Positions 1-8,662 of a stretch of DNA of 54,888 nucleotides are shown in pieces. Made by a program: the position numbers and the translations under genes. Origin of the DNA: a virus (Duplodnaviria > Caudoviricetes). The notes below the pieces were generated by a model. It did no database searches, was not told where the DNA came from, and worked only from the letters and a program-made list of their open reading frames with translations. Position 1 is the stretch's first letter. Each line of letters starts with the position of its first letter. The stretch spans positions 1 through 54,888 of IMG/VR virus record IMGVR_UViG_3300008110_000120. The stretch is one strand, 5' to 3'.

Positions 1-213
1 CCAGTCCTCATCAGGCGTGTAGAGAGCGTGAGAGACTTCGTGAGCAACCAACATATCATAAACTCCACTACTTGCCTTCTGCCACATAGGAAGCGTCAGA
101 ACCCGCGTATGAACGTTAAAGCAGGCAGTCTCAACCTTCTTGTGTTCCACAATCAGGTCTTCCGTTGCCAGAAGACGGGCGAGCATACCTTTTACTTCAA
201 AATTTACGGTCAT
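1..213 (-). CDS. 5' part of putative metallopeptidase/CobT-like protein (runs off window)
   Basis: Not in ORF track. ATG at 213 gives MTVNFEVKGMLARLLATEDLIVEHKKVETACFNVHTRVLTLPMWQKASSGVYDMLVAHEVSHALYTPDEDW, with HEXXH motif (HEVSH); typical T4-like cyanophage gene downstream of g46. Confidence 0.8.
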   Translation of the reverse strand, partial: MTVNFEVKGMLARLLATEDLIVEHKKVETACFNVHTRVLTLPMWQKASSGVYDMLVAHEVSHALYTPDEDW

Positions 214-238
214 TTGAGTTCGTTTGTCTTATGAACGT

Positions 239-295
239 ATTATACAAAAAAAGAGGGTGGTAAAACCCTCTTGTGTGCCAGTTTTGGAAGTGGTC
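239..295 (-). promoter_or_regulatory. Early-type promoter: TATAAT -10 (239-244), hairpin, upstream TGTGCCAGT-N6-AGTGGTC box
   Basis: Same architecture and spacing as the cassettes at 53461-54607. Confidence 0.7.
246..272 (-). terminator. Intrinsic terminator after 296..736
   Basis: Minus strand AAGAGGGT-TTTACC-ACCCTCTT followed by a T run. Confidence 0.75.
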
Positions 296-736
296 TTAAC
301 GTCCCTGCCTTTTCATAAAGGCAGCAAAAGCGGGTGAATTTATTCCTGTATTTGGATCTTCCATTGCTTTTTGCTTTTTACTCTTTGCTTTTCTTTGTCT
401 CTCCTCATAATCTTCAGGATTATTGCGAGCCTCTTGTGCTTCAACAATACTCTGTCTCCACCCTTCGCTCATATTTGCCATAATCGCAAATGCCGCTTCT
501 GGTGTTTCGGCATATCCACCTTCAAGAAGATATGAACGGATGATATCAAAGGGGTCGGTTTCTTCTTTTACTGGATTATGAACTCTGGCAGGTCCAGCAT
601 CTTTCATTAATCTTTTATTTTTAGTCGATTTTGTAATTCTTTCTGGCGCTTCCTCATCAAGTTTCTCTACCTCTTCTTGAGGTTGATGAACCAGGCTATA
701 AGCCTTATAAAGATCTTTAACTTCTTGTTCTCTCAT
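296..736 (-). CDS. Hypothetical late protein with YLxxxGYAxxxxxAxxIMxxMSxxW module
   Basis: 146 aa ORF; TATAAATA late promoter at 756-763; module shared with 7610..7768. Confidence 0.75.
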   Translation of the reverse strand: MREQEVKDLYKAYSLVHQPQEEVEKLDEEAPERITKSTKNKRLMKDAGPARVHNPVKEETDPFDIIRSYLLEGGYAETPEAAFAIMANMSEGWRQSIVEAQEARNNPEDYEERQRKAKSKKQKAMEDPNTGINSPAFAAFMKRQGR

Positions 737-750
737 TTTTCCAAGACTTT

Positions 751-903
751 TTAGTTATTTATAAAAAAAGAAGCATCCCCATGAAGGAGACGCTTCTTGA
801 GTGCCTGCCGACGTGCCTTTGCTTGTCGGAGTGCCTGAGGTTTGAGTTTTCGTTTCTGCTCCTTTTTGGAGTGGTGTTGCCAGTTTGGAATTTGCTTTGC
901 CAT
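751..903 (-). CDS. Small basic protein (50 aa, PNWQHHSKK motif)
   Basis: Not in ORF track. MAKQIPNWQHHSKKEQKRKLKPQALRQAKARRQALKKRLLHGDASFFINN; own sigma70-type promoter at 927-956; I recall the motif from conserved cyanophage hypotheticals. Confidence 0.75.
   Translation of the reverse strand: MAKQIPNWQHHSKKEQKRKLKPQALRQAKARRQALKKRLLHGDASFFINN
756..763 (-). promoter_or_regulatory. T4-type late promoter TATAAATA
   Basis: Exact consensus about 20 nt upstream of the ATG at 736. Confidence 0.75.
763..798 (-). terminator. Intrinsic terminator inside the 3' end of ORF 751..903
   Basis: AAGAAGCGTCTCC-TTCAT-GGGGATGCTTCTT (13-bp stem with two G-U pairs) followed by TTTTT. Confidence 0.75.
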
Positions 904-926
904 CGCAGTGGGTTGTGAATGGGTCT

Positions 927-956
927 ATTATAGCGGTCAGGTGACTGACCAGTCAA
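927..956 (-). promoter_or_regulatory. Sigma70-like promoter with internal stem-loop
   Basis: TTGACT-18 nt-TATAAT; spacer contains GGTCAG-TCAC-CTGACC hairpin. Confidence 0.7.
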
Positions 957-1725
957 TAACGGTTCTGATTTCCTGATTGTACTTCCATACTTCCATAAGC
1001 ATATCTGCATTTATTCCATTTGCTTCCATTTGGACAATTAATGAATTTAAATCTTTGGGGAAGCAGGTTCCGCCGAAACCACGATCATTATCAAATCCAG
1101 GAACTTTGGTGTGAGAATTACCAATTCTACTGTCGGCAACTACACCAGAACAAACAGTTTCATAATTCATCCCAAGTGATTCACATAAATCATACATTTT
1201 GTTGAAGTATGCAACTTTACATGCAAGAAAACTATTTGCAAAATATTTAATAGATTCACTTTCATTGGAGGAAGTAATCACACTTGGAATATCTGGAAAA
1301 ATAGTTTTGAAAAAATTCACAAACTGTTGACATAGATTTTTATCTCCACCAACCACATTTCTTTCAGAATTTCTAAAATCTTCTACAGCATTCCTGGCGG
1401 TTAAGAATTCTGGATTATGAATAACTTTATATTTTTTAGAATATTTTTTAGTTGTTCCAATTGGGACGGTAGATTTTATAATAAAAATACCATCAACAAC
1501 TTTAGGTAGATCTTTAAAGAAATTGTCTAAAATGGAAAGATCGCACTCCCCAGTTGATTTCATTGGGGTAGGCAAACAAACAAAAATAAAAGATTGATTT
1601 AAAACTTCATCCAGACTATTAAAAGATTTGTTTTTATCAACATCAAAAACTTTACAGGATACTTTATCCCTTAAATTTTGATATACAGCATTACCAACAA
1701 ACCCATTTCCAATAATTCCGATCAT
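937..1725 (-). CDS. ugd: UDP-glucose/GDP-mannose 6-dehydrogenase-like protein (short form)
   Basis: GNGFVG Rossmann motif, CLPTP, IIKSTVP, HNPEFL, GFGGTCFPKD catalytic Cys motif; 262 aa. Confidence 0.85.
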   Translation of the reverse strand: MIGIIGNGFVGNAVYQNLRDKVSCKVFDVDKNKSFNSLDEVLNQSFIFVCLPTPMKSTGECDLSILDNFFKDLPKVVDGIFIIKSTVPIGTTKKYSKKYKVIHNPEFLTARNAVEDFRNSERNVVGGDKNLCQQFVNFFKTIFPDIPSVITSSNESESIKYFANSFLACKVAYFNKMYDLCESLGMNYETVCSGVVADSRIGNSHTKVPGFDNDRGFGGTCFPKDLNSLIVQMEANGINADMLMEVWKYNQEIRTVIDWSVT

Positions 1726-3434
1726 ACAATCATCCTACTAAATCCTTTAACTTTATCAAATTTTATCACATTATCAAACTTATCAAGCAAATCTGATTTG
1801 TGGGAGATGACAAATATATTGGCATCTTTAATCACGTAACGAATAATTTTAAGAAACTCATCAGTTCCAAACCCATCAAGAGAACTATCAAACACCTCAT
1901 CCATAATCAATAGATTTGTGTTTACTGAATTTTTAATTTTCGCAATTTCTCTCCAAGTAAAAAGAAGTGCCAAATCAACTCGCATTTTCTCACCTTCACT
2001 AAATGAACTATATGAGAAATTCTCATGAATAGGAGACTGAATTGATTCATTAAATTCCTCATCAAGATAGAAATTAATGTAAAAATCCATCATCTGAAGA
2101 TAACGATTGACCTGCTGATTGATGAATGGAAGATACTTCTTAATTATCTTCGTCTTTACACCATCATCTTTTAGCAACGAATATGCAAAATCATAATAAA
2201 CAATTTCTTCTTTTTTCTTTGAAAGATCATCAAATGTTTTTTGGAAATTATCTTTAAATTCCTCTAACTTTTCATGTTCAGTATTTCGGTTTTTAAGTTG
2301 TTCGGCAATAGTCTGAACTTCAGATTCAAGACCCCGGATTTGTCTCTGATTGAGTGATATCCGAGTATTGTTTTGAGAAATCTCATGATTGAGTTTTGTA
2401 ATCTCCTTCGATAGAACTGTGAATTGACGCTCTCGCTCTTGTTCTAATTTAATAGTCTCCTCAAGATCTTGATAACCCCTTTGGAGTTCTTTTGCTTTAT
2501 TTTGAGCATCTGCAATTCTATTTAACCGAAACTCTTCCTCTATAGTTTGAGTACAAGTGGGGCATACCGTATTTTCAGTAAAGAACTTATGCTCTTTGGT
2601 AATACCGGATACTTTTTGAGAGATTTTTCCTCTCAAATTGTTAAGCTTTACTAACTTATCTCCAGCACCAATAACTTCTTCCTGTTCCTTTGTATACCCA
2701 AATATGGACTCCTCAGTCTTGGCGTTCTCAACTATATAAATGCCAACTTCAGCATCTAACTTGGCAATCTTTTCTTTATTGGCATTTATATTGGCATTTC
2801 CACGGTTCTCTAGTTCTTCGATGAAGTTTTTCTGCATCTTCATCTTGTCTTTAAGATTTTCTTTCTTAAGTTCAAGAGATTTAATTTGATCTTTTTGTGT
2901 GCGAATTCTATCCTTGATGAGATTATTCATTGCAGAAAAAATGCGAATGTCCAAAAGATCCTCAATCACCTCACGGCGATTTGCTGTTGTAAGTTGCATA
3001 AAAGGAACAAAAGTACTACTACCCAAAATCACAATCTGGGTAAAAGATTTATAATTCACTTTCAGAATATTTTCTTCAAGAATTCTTTGGTTAGCACGAT
3101 CATCAGCCTCCTTATGAAGAGGAGAACCATTGACTTCAATATCAAAAATATTCGGTTTTATTCCACGACGAACAAGATATTCTCTATTGTTAATAGTAAA
3201 TTCAATTTCTACCAAGCAATCCTTTTCATTTACACTATTGACCAATTGAGGTTTATTAATACGCCTAAATGGCTTATTAAAAAGAACAAACGTAAGAGCA
3301 TCCAAAACAGTAGACTTACCTGCTCCATTTGTACCAATTATAAGGTTGGTATGATGCCTTTCAAAGTCTATTTCCGTAAATTGATTCCCGGAACTTAAAA
3401 AGTTTTTATATCGAATTTTATGAAATACTAGCAT
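1722..3434 (-). CDS. g46: Recombination endonuclease ATPase subunit gp46 (Rad50/SbcC-like)
   Basis: Walker A GTNGAGKS, coiled coil with CPTC zinc hook, FSEGE signature, LIMDEVFD Walker B. Confidence 0.96.
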   Translation of the reverse strand: MLVFHKIRYKNFLSSGNQFTEIDFERHHTNLIIGTNGAGKSTVLDALTFVLFNKPFRRINKPQLVNSVNEKDCLVEIEFTINNREYLVRRGIKPNIFDIEVNGSPLHKEADDRANQRILEENILKVNYKSFTQIVILGSSTFVPFMQLTTANRREVIEDLLDIRIFSAMNNLIKDRIRTQKDQIKSLELKKENLKDKMKMQKNFIEELENRGNANINANKEKIAKLDAEVGIYIVENAKTEESIFGYTKEQEEVIGAGDKLVKLNNLRGKISQKVSGITKEHKFFTENTVCPTCTQTIEEEFRLNRIADAQNKAKELQRGYQDLEETIKLEQERERQFTVLSKEITKLNHEISQNNTRISLNQRQIRGLESEVQTIAEQLKNRNTEHEKLEEFKDNFQKTFDDLSKKKEEIVYYDFAYSLLKDDGVKTKIIKKYLPFINQQVNRYLQMMDFYINFYLDEEFNESIQSPIHENFSYSSFSEGEKMRVDLALLFTWREIAKIKNSVNTNLLIMDEVFDSSLDGFGTDEFLKIIRYVIKDANIFVISHKSDLLDKFDNVIKFDKVKGFSRMIV

Positions 3435-3693
3435 TTTTGGGGGGAATTACAATATCGTCAGGAGTAACCACAGCATACTTGTAATTATACATCTTACAAG
3501 TCTTTATGGCAAGTTCATCATCGACTTCAACAACTTCCATTTCCTTCTCATATTCTTCATCTTCTTCAAGCATCATAGCATACCTAGTTGCATCATCTTC
3601 ATCTTCAAATAAAAGCAAAACTTTTTCACCATGCCTATCGCTTAAGGCATATGCACCATCATCCTTATGGTCTTTGAGTGTAAGAAGAAACAT
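3418..3693 (-). CDS. Conserved hypothetical protein between g47 and g46
   Basis: Start chosen at ATG 3693 (TAATG coupling with g47 stop); LFEDEDDATRYA motif; synteny. Confidence 0.8.
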   Translation of the reverse strand: MFLLTLKDHKDDGAYALSDRHGEKVLLLFEDEDDATRYAMMLEEDEEYEKEMEVVEVDDELAIKTCKMYNYKYAVVTPDDIVIPPKNASIS

Positions 3694-4730
3694 TATTCTA
3701 CTTCGCAAGCTTGTTGATAAAGATCTTGAAATATTCCTTTAATGATATTTTTATCGAACTCAAACTCCGAGTCATCAATATAACGATTTAGAATTGAAAG
3801 AGTATTCTCTTCCTCATCAATCTCAAAATCTTCACTTTCCTGGATTTCAAAATTTTCAATAATTTTAAGTTCTTGAACTCCGGAGGTATAAAGTTTATCA
3901 ATAAACTTTTCAAAATCTTTTTGTTTAGATTTTTTACGGACAATTACCTTAACAATTTTATTTTCATACTCACTGGCATCAAACAATTGATGTGGAGTAT
4001 CTTCATAATAAATGTTATGAAATAATTTATAAGGATTGTTAATTGGAGTATGTTCTAGAGTCTCAGTATCAAAAATATGAAACCCCCTAGTATCATTCAC
4101 ATCCGTCCAGTACATTTCATAAGGATTACCAAGGTAGAAAATACGTCCATTATCAGAACGAGTGTGGTAATGACCAGAAAATACCTTTTTGAACTTACTA
4201 AAAATATTCGAATCCAATCCATGTTCTTCCATAATAAGATTACGATTTACACGAAATCCTTGAAGCTCTAAGTGTCCCATAGCAACTTTTGCCTTGGACT
4301 TCTTAATTTGATTCAAGGTTTCATCATAGTTGTCACTACAAATCCATGGAACCATCATAATATCCAGTTCACCAACTTTAATAGTTTGTGGAGAACTATA
4401 AGTTTTAATATTTGAATAAGTTTGGAGGAGAAGACTTGGAGAGTTTACGCTATTGGTATTCTTATAATAGCAGTCATGATTACCAATAATCATGTGAACA
4501 TCATATTTCTTCAGATGTTCAAATACAACTCTCTTTGCCCACTCAAGGCTTTGATAATCGATAGATTTACGACTATCAAAAGCATCACCCATATGAATGA
4601 CTGCCTCTACACCGTGTTCTTTCAAAGAAGGAAAAAACACATTTTTGTAGAAGAGTTCAAAGTGATCATGAAGATACTTGGAACCCTTTCTAGCTCCATA
4701 ATGTGTATCTGTAATAACGGCGACTTTCAT
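3693..4730 (-). CDS. g47: Recombination endonuclease nuclease subunit gp47 (Mre11/SbcD-like)
   Basis: Metallophosphoesterase motifs DTH, GDAFD, GNHD, GH, SGHYH. Confidence 0.96.
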   Translation of the reverse strand: MKVAVITDTHYGARKGSKYLHDHFELFYKNVFFPSLKEHGVEAVIHMGDAFDSRKSIDYQSLEWAKRVVFEHLKKYDVHMIIGNHDCYYKNTNSVNSPSLLLQTYSNIKTYSSPQTIKVGELDIMMVPWICSDNYDETLNQIKKSKAKVAMGHLELQGFRVNRNLIMEEHGLDSNIFSKFKKVFSGHYHTRSDNGRIFYLGNPYEMYWTDVNDTRGFHIFDTETLEHTPINNPYKLFHNIYYEDTPHQLFDASEYENKIVKVIVRKKSKQKDFEKFIDKLYTSGVQELKIIENFEIQESEDFEIDEEENTLSILNRYIDDSEFEFDKNIIKGIFQDLYQQACEVE

Positions 4731-5245
4731 CGATTACTGCGGTATTGAATATTGTCCTTCATCGTATTGTAGTCTGAACTGCTGCCAGAAAGCAAGCTAT
4801 CGTCAACCATCATAACCTCATCAAAACCGGTTCTTTCGATAATTTTAGTTTTAATGTCTAACTGCTTCTTTTCCTTCTGAATTCTTCTCAAGAAAGCATA
4901 GTGAATAATTTGAGTAAAATAAGCAAAAGGATTGCTAGTTTTATTTGGGTCGAAATTGTGAATATACTGTACGCAGTTTTCTATACCATCTGATATCATA
5001 TCTTCCCTAAACATATAATTAACAAAGTTAGGTTTATATGAAAGATGGGTTGCAATTTTTAAAAAACACTCTCCAAGATAATTAGGAATTCTTGGTTTAC
5101 CTTCCCAAAATCCAGATTTGGGAGGATACTTATCATGCTTTTCAAAATATATTTTTTGAGCTTTTAATAATTTTGATCGGTAAACAATGAGGGCTTCCAA
5201 TAATTCTTTATTGTTTACATAATGTTCTGATTTTTTCTTGGACAT
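4727..5245 (-). CDS. g55: Late-transcription sigma factor gp55
   Basis: HYVNNKE...YLGECFLKIA...NFVNY...MISDGIENC...NPFAYFTQI motifs. Confidence 0.96.
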   Translation of the reverse strand: MSKKKSEHYVNNKELLEALIVYRSKLLKAQKIYFEKHDKYPPKSGFWEGKPRIPNYLGECFLKIATHLSYKPNFVNYMFREDMISDGIENCVQYIHNFDPNKTSNPFAYFTQIIHYAFLRRIQKEKKQLDIKTKIIERTGFDEVMMVDDSLLSGSSSDYNTMKDNIQYRSNR

Positions 5246-5286
5246 AATGTCATCTTTAGTTTAAAAATAAAGTATAATGTATACTT

Positions 5287-5315
5287 ATTATACCATCATC
5301 TTAAAGACTTGACAA
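5287..5315 (-). promoter_or_regulatory. Sigma70-like promoter for g55-g47-g46
   Basis: TTGTCA-17 nt-TATAAT on the minus strand. Confidence 0.75.
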
Positions 5316-5337
5316 GTACTCAAATATTGAGTAAAAT
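5309..5337 (+). promoter_or_regulatory. Divergent sigma70-like promoter (antisense to the uvsW-side genes)
   Basis: TTGACA-17 nt-TAAAAT on the plus strand. Confidence 0.6.
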
Positions 5338-5373
5338 ACCTTTGTTGGGTTTGAAGATAAGGATTAGCTTTCT

Positions 5374-5778
5374 TTAAAGATCTTTGAATAGATTCTCTAA
5401 ATTTCTTCTAGATTCTTCGACCGAAGATATATATCCCATCTCTTTTGAGACACCGACTTTACCGCCATCCGGATTATATATTTCAGCACTGTCATCTTCA
5501 CTATCATTTATGTAATTATTGTAAATATCAATAAGCTTCTGTTCTTTACTTTCAGTCATTGTTATTACACTTGAAAGTTTAATGATAAAAAAATCATCGT
5601 CAGATAGTTCAACCCAAGGTTTAACCTTTATGAATATTCCTCTTCCATTATTAAATGATTTCATGACAACAGGATTTTGAAGAATTAATATTTCTTCTTC
5701 TTCATTATCAGCACAAACTAATGAAAATATTTCTTCACCAGAGATTAATTTTAAAATGCAGTAAAAATCTTCTCCCAT
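5374..5778 (-). CDS. Conserved hypothetical protein (possible Sm-like fold)
   Basis: ILKLISGEEI...LQNPV...KPW pattern; usual position between uvsW and g55. Confidence 0.8.
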   Translation of the reverse strand: MGEDFYCILKLISGEEIFSLVCADNEEEEILILQNPVVMKSFNNGRGIFIKVKPWVELSDDDFFIIKLSSVITMTESKEQKLIDIYNNYINDSEDDSAEIYNPDGGKVGVSKEMGYISSVEESRRNLENLFKDL

Positions 5779-5779
5779 A

Positions 5780-7243
5780 TTAATCTTTAAATGGTATGTT
5801 TACAATATCGTAATTAAAGTTTTCTTCATTATAAATTTTAATTCTTTCAATTAAGTGATTAAGAGTATAATTTTTTGTTGACTTATAACTAATATCATCA
5901 GCAATATCATATAGAGTTGCCTTTACTTTGTTTTCTCCTTTTCGTAAGACTCTTCCGATGGATTGGAGATTTCGTATCCTTGATTTGCTAGGTGAAGCAA
6001 ATATAACATTATGAAGATTTCTGATATTGACACCAGTAGAAAAAGTGCCGTAGGAAGCAACGATGATTGCATTATTTTCTCTTTCGGTAATTTCTCTAAC
6101 TAATTCACGTTCTTCAGTATCAACGCCACCATGAACAAAAAATACGTGCCTATTATCAGTTTTGCTATTATTTATGATCTCGTAAAGTGGTTGCCCGTGC
6201 CCCTCTACTCTAGCAAAAAGAACAAGAGTATTACCCTTTAAATCAAGGGCAAGATTCTTTATAAAGTTATTTCTTTTTTGATGATTGATAATATACTGAA
6301 CCTCATCCTCAAAAGTTTCAAATCTATGAGGTGGATGCTTCAGTAGTAGAACTTTAATATCTAATTTGGCAAGATGACCCTTCTGCATCAGTTCATCTGT
6401 CTTAATAATCTTATATGAAGGTCCAAATAAACCTTCCAAAACCCACTTATGAGTTTGAGACCCATCTAGTGTTCCGGTGAATCCAAAACGGTATTTTGCA
6501 TCACAAAGTTTAGTCATTATAGATATTAATGACTTGGATTTAAATTGGTGTGCCTCATCTCCTACGACTACATTAAATCTGGAAAAATACTGCTTGGGCA
6601 ACTTGTAAATACTTTGCCAGGTAGTAATAATAACTTGGGAATCAGTTTCTCGTTCCTTACCAGCGTATATCTTGTGGCAGTATGAACCAACATCCCATCC
6701 ATAATCTGCAAAATCTTTATACATTTGTTCTACAAGGGAAGTCGTCGGAACAACTATCAGAATATTTTGTTGCTTCTCAACGTAATATCTCACAACAGAA
6801 TATATCATCAATGACTTTCCCGAAGCAGTTGGAGATATCAATAACTTTCGATTATGTCTTAAGGCGTCGTATACTCCCTCAACTTGGTAGTCGCGTGGGG
6901 CGTGTCTACTGATGGCAGTCATATAATCCTTAACACCTTCCTTTGAGATGTTCTCATTTATCTCAAAGGGTGGACCATAAAACTTATTATTCGTGAACTC
7001 ATAAGTGTAATTGTGATCCTTACAGAACTGAATTACACGATCTAAAAGACCGACATAGATTTCGCCCGTTTGCGTAGAGAAAAGGCGAATCTTTCCGTCC
7101 CAATACTTATTCCTATATGCCGGTGCAAACTTGGCATTAGGAACATCAAAAGTAAATTGATCTGCTAATTCATAATAAACATGAGGTTCTGCCTGAATAT
7201 GGAGATAGACCTCATTTTTCTTTGATATAACCAAATGAGACAT
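5780..7243 (-). CDS. uvsW: UvsW RNA-DNA/DNA-DNA helicase
   Basis: SPTASGKS, DEAH, TGT, QSIGRVLR SF2 motifs; WDGKIRLF N-terminus. Confidence 0.96.
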   Translation of the reverse strand: MSHLVISKKNEVYLHIQAEPHVYYELADQFTFDVPNAKFAPAYRNKYWDGKIRLFSTQTGEIYVGLLDRVIQFCKDHNYTYEFTNNKFYGPPFEINENISKEGVKDYMTAISRHAPRDYQVEGVYDALRHNRKLLISPTASGKSLMIYSVVRYYVEKQQNILIVVPTTSLVEQMYKDFADYGWDVGSYCHKIYAGKERETDSQVIITTWQSIYKLPKQYFSRFNVVVGDEAHQFKSKSLISIMTKLCDAKYRFGFTGTLDGSQTHKWVLEGLFGPSYKIIKTDELMQKGHLAKLDIKVLLLKHPPHRFETFEDEVQYIINHQKRNNFIKNLALDLKGNTLVLFARVEGHGQPLYEIINNSKTDNRHVFFVHGGVDTEERELVREITERENNAIIVASYGTFSTGVNIRNLHNVIFASPSKSRIRNLQSIGRVLRKGENKVKATLYDIADDISYKSTKNYTLNHLIERIKIYNEENFNYDIVNIPFKD

Positions 7244-7280
7244 TCATAAAGTATCAGTTATGAGTATTTATTTGGTCAAT

Positions 7281-7301
7281 AAAAAGAGGCATTTCTGCCT
7301 C
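7281..7301 (-). terminator. Intrinsic terminator
   Basis: GAGGCA-GAAA-TGCCTC then TTTTT. Confidence 0.8.
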
Positions 7302-7309
7302 AAAATTAA

Positions 7310-7600
7310 TTATTTTGTGTTTGGATTAATTGAAACACCAGGATCTCCAACCTTAAATCCTTTTCCAGCACCAGATCTAATAGTAGTTCCAGAAAGAGGT
7401 TTTACTACATCCATTGCTCCACTAATATTATCGGAAGCAGTATCTTTTGGATCATTTGCAGTTGCATTCATGCCAATTTGTCTCATCCTTGATGCAGAAC
7501 CCATTGATCTTGCGTGTGCCGCTTGAACTGCCGGTGCTTTATAATCTATGTAATTAGATGGAAGGGTAGATTGTTCCAAAAACTGTCGAAACGTCTTCAT
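7310..7600 (-). CDS. Putative head-internal protein (N-terminal MKTFRQFLE)
   Basis: 96 aa; N-terminus resembles the T4 internal-protein capsid-targeting sequence. Confidence 0.65.
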   Translation of the reverse strand: MKTFRQFLEQSTLPSNYIDYKAPAVQAAHARSMGSASRMRQIGMNATANDPKDTASDNISGAMDVVKPLSGTTIRSGAGKGFKVGDPGVSINPNTK

Positions 7601-7609
7601 TTGTTATAC

Positions 7610-7768
7610 TCAATCAAATAAGATTGTATTAAACCAGGTTTGACTCATACCTTTGATTATATCATCAGCAGACTGCTGATCTTCTGCATATCCCTCTGCA
7701 ATTAAATGCTCAACGACTTTTTCGTAGGTTTGATAGGATTCTTGAATCTCTCTAGGCGTCGGTTTCAT
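7610..7768 (-). CDS. Hypothetical protein (52 aa)
   Basis: Not in ORF track. MKPTPREIQESYQTYEKVVEHLIAEGYAEDQQSADDIIKGMSQTWFNTILFD; paralogous module in 296..736; TAAATA upstream (~7791-7796). Confidence 0.75.
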   Translation of the reverse strand: MKPTPREIQESYQTYEKVVEHLIAEGYAEDQQSADDIIKGMSQTWFNTILFD

Positions 7769-7793
7769 TTCAGTGATGGAAGTTTATTTTTAT

Positions 7794-8225
7794 TTAGTTA
7801 AATCCTGCCGTGAACTTATGCCACTCAATACTGTTCTTGATTTGATAAGTCCTATTGGAAATCATCTTAAGGACTTCTTCTAGAAACTTAAGCATAATAT
7901 CATAATATCTAATTTTTAAATCAACTTTACAGAGTCTCTCATCGGCATCCATATACCTCTGTATAGCGTCTTTTTCTCTTACTTTATACGGAAATGGTTC
8001 TTCAGCATATACCTCTGCTGTTGCCTTTCCTGTGTAGTAGTTGTAGCGTTCCAAACGCACTCTATTGTAAGTTTCTCTTGCCTTTTCACGGAGAAGAGTG
8101 ATGGTATTGTACAGAGTATAATATTTTGCATGAAGTTGTGGAATTTTTAAAGATTCATCGTGTAAATTATCAGGGTCTATGACAGAATCTCTCTGCCACA
8201 TTTCCTGAATTTCATCAAGATTCAT
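7794..8225 (-). CDS. uvsY: Recombination mediator UvsY
   Basis: WxxDSxID...LHDESLKIPQLHAKY...YYTGKA...IKNSIEW pattern; synteny. Confidence 0.93.
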   Translation of the reverse strand: MNLDEIQEMWQRDSVIDPDNLHDESLKIPQLHAKYYTLYNTITLLREKARETYNRVRLERYNYYTGKATAEVYAEEPFPYKVREKDAIQRYMDADERLCKVDLKIRYYDIMLKFLEEVLKMISNRTYQIKNSIEWHKFTAGFN

Positions 8226-8662
8226 AGAGGATCGCCATTTACATCTAATATGTTATAGACAGTATACTTGAAAAGTACCTCTGCTGTAAAGTAGTTATAG
8301 TCGGTTTCTGTTGATTCAAATTCCATTGCACTCAATGTGAATGGAAATAAATCTTTAAATTTTACTATGGCAACATCATTATAATTGCTATTTAAAATTC
8401 TTAAACTACCGTCACTATATTGACTTTTTAAATCCCTTATTCCATCATCATTAGTTGTCAACTCTTTGAATTGTTGTGGAGTTTCTGGAAATCCTAAACC
8501 AGTAATCCAGTTATGAATTGCCATGTAGTTTTCCATATCTTCATCAACAAAAAATCTCAAAGAAAAATCTCCATATTGGATTATTTCTCCTGGAGTATCC
8601 AACATCTTTAAATATGATGGTTGTATAGCAGTTCCTAAAGTAATTTCTGGAATTCTTGCAAT
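8222..8662 (-). pseudogene. g3: Tail completion/sheath stabiliser gp3, N-terminally truncated
   Basis: Frame is open from 8662 (IARIPEITLGTAIQPSYLKMLDTPGE...FFVDEDMENY...FKDLFP) but blocked by TAA at 8663-8665; no start codon for the expected N-terminal part. Confidence 0.75.

Noticed and set aside
759-1010. 83-aa ORF from the track
   Set aside because: Spans a promoter and overlaps ugd; the 751..903 frame fits the promoter far better.
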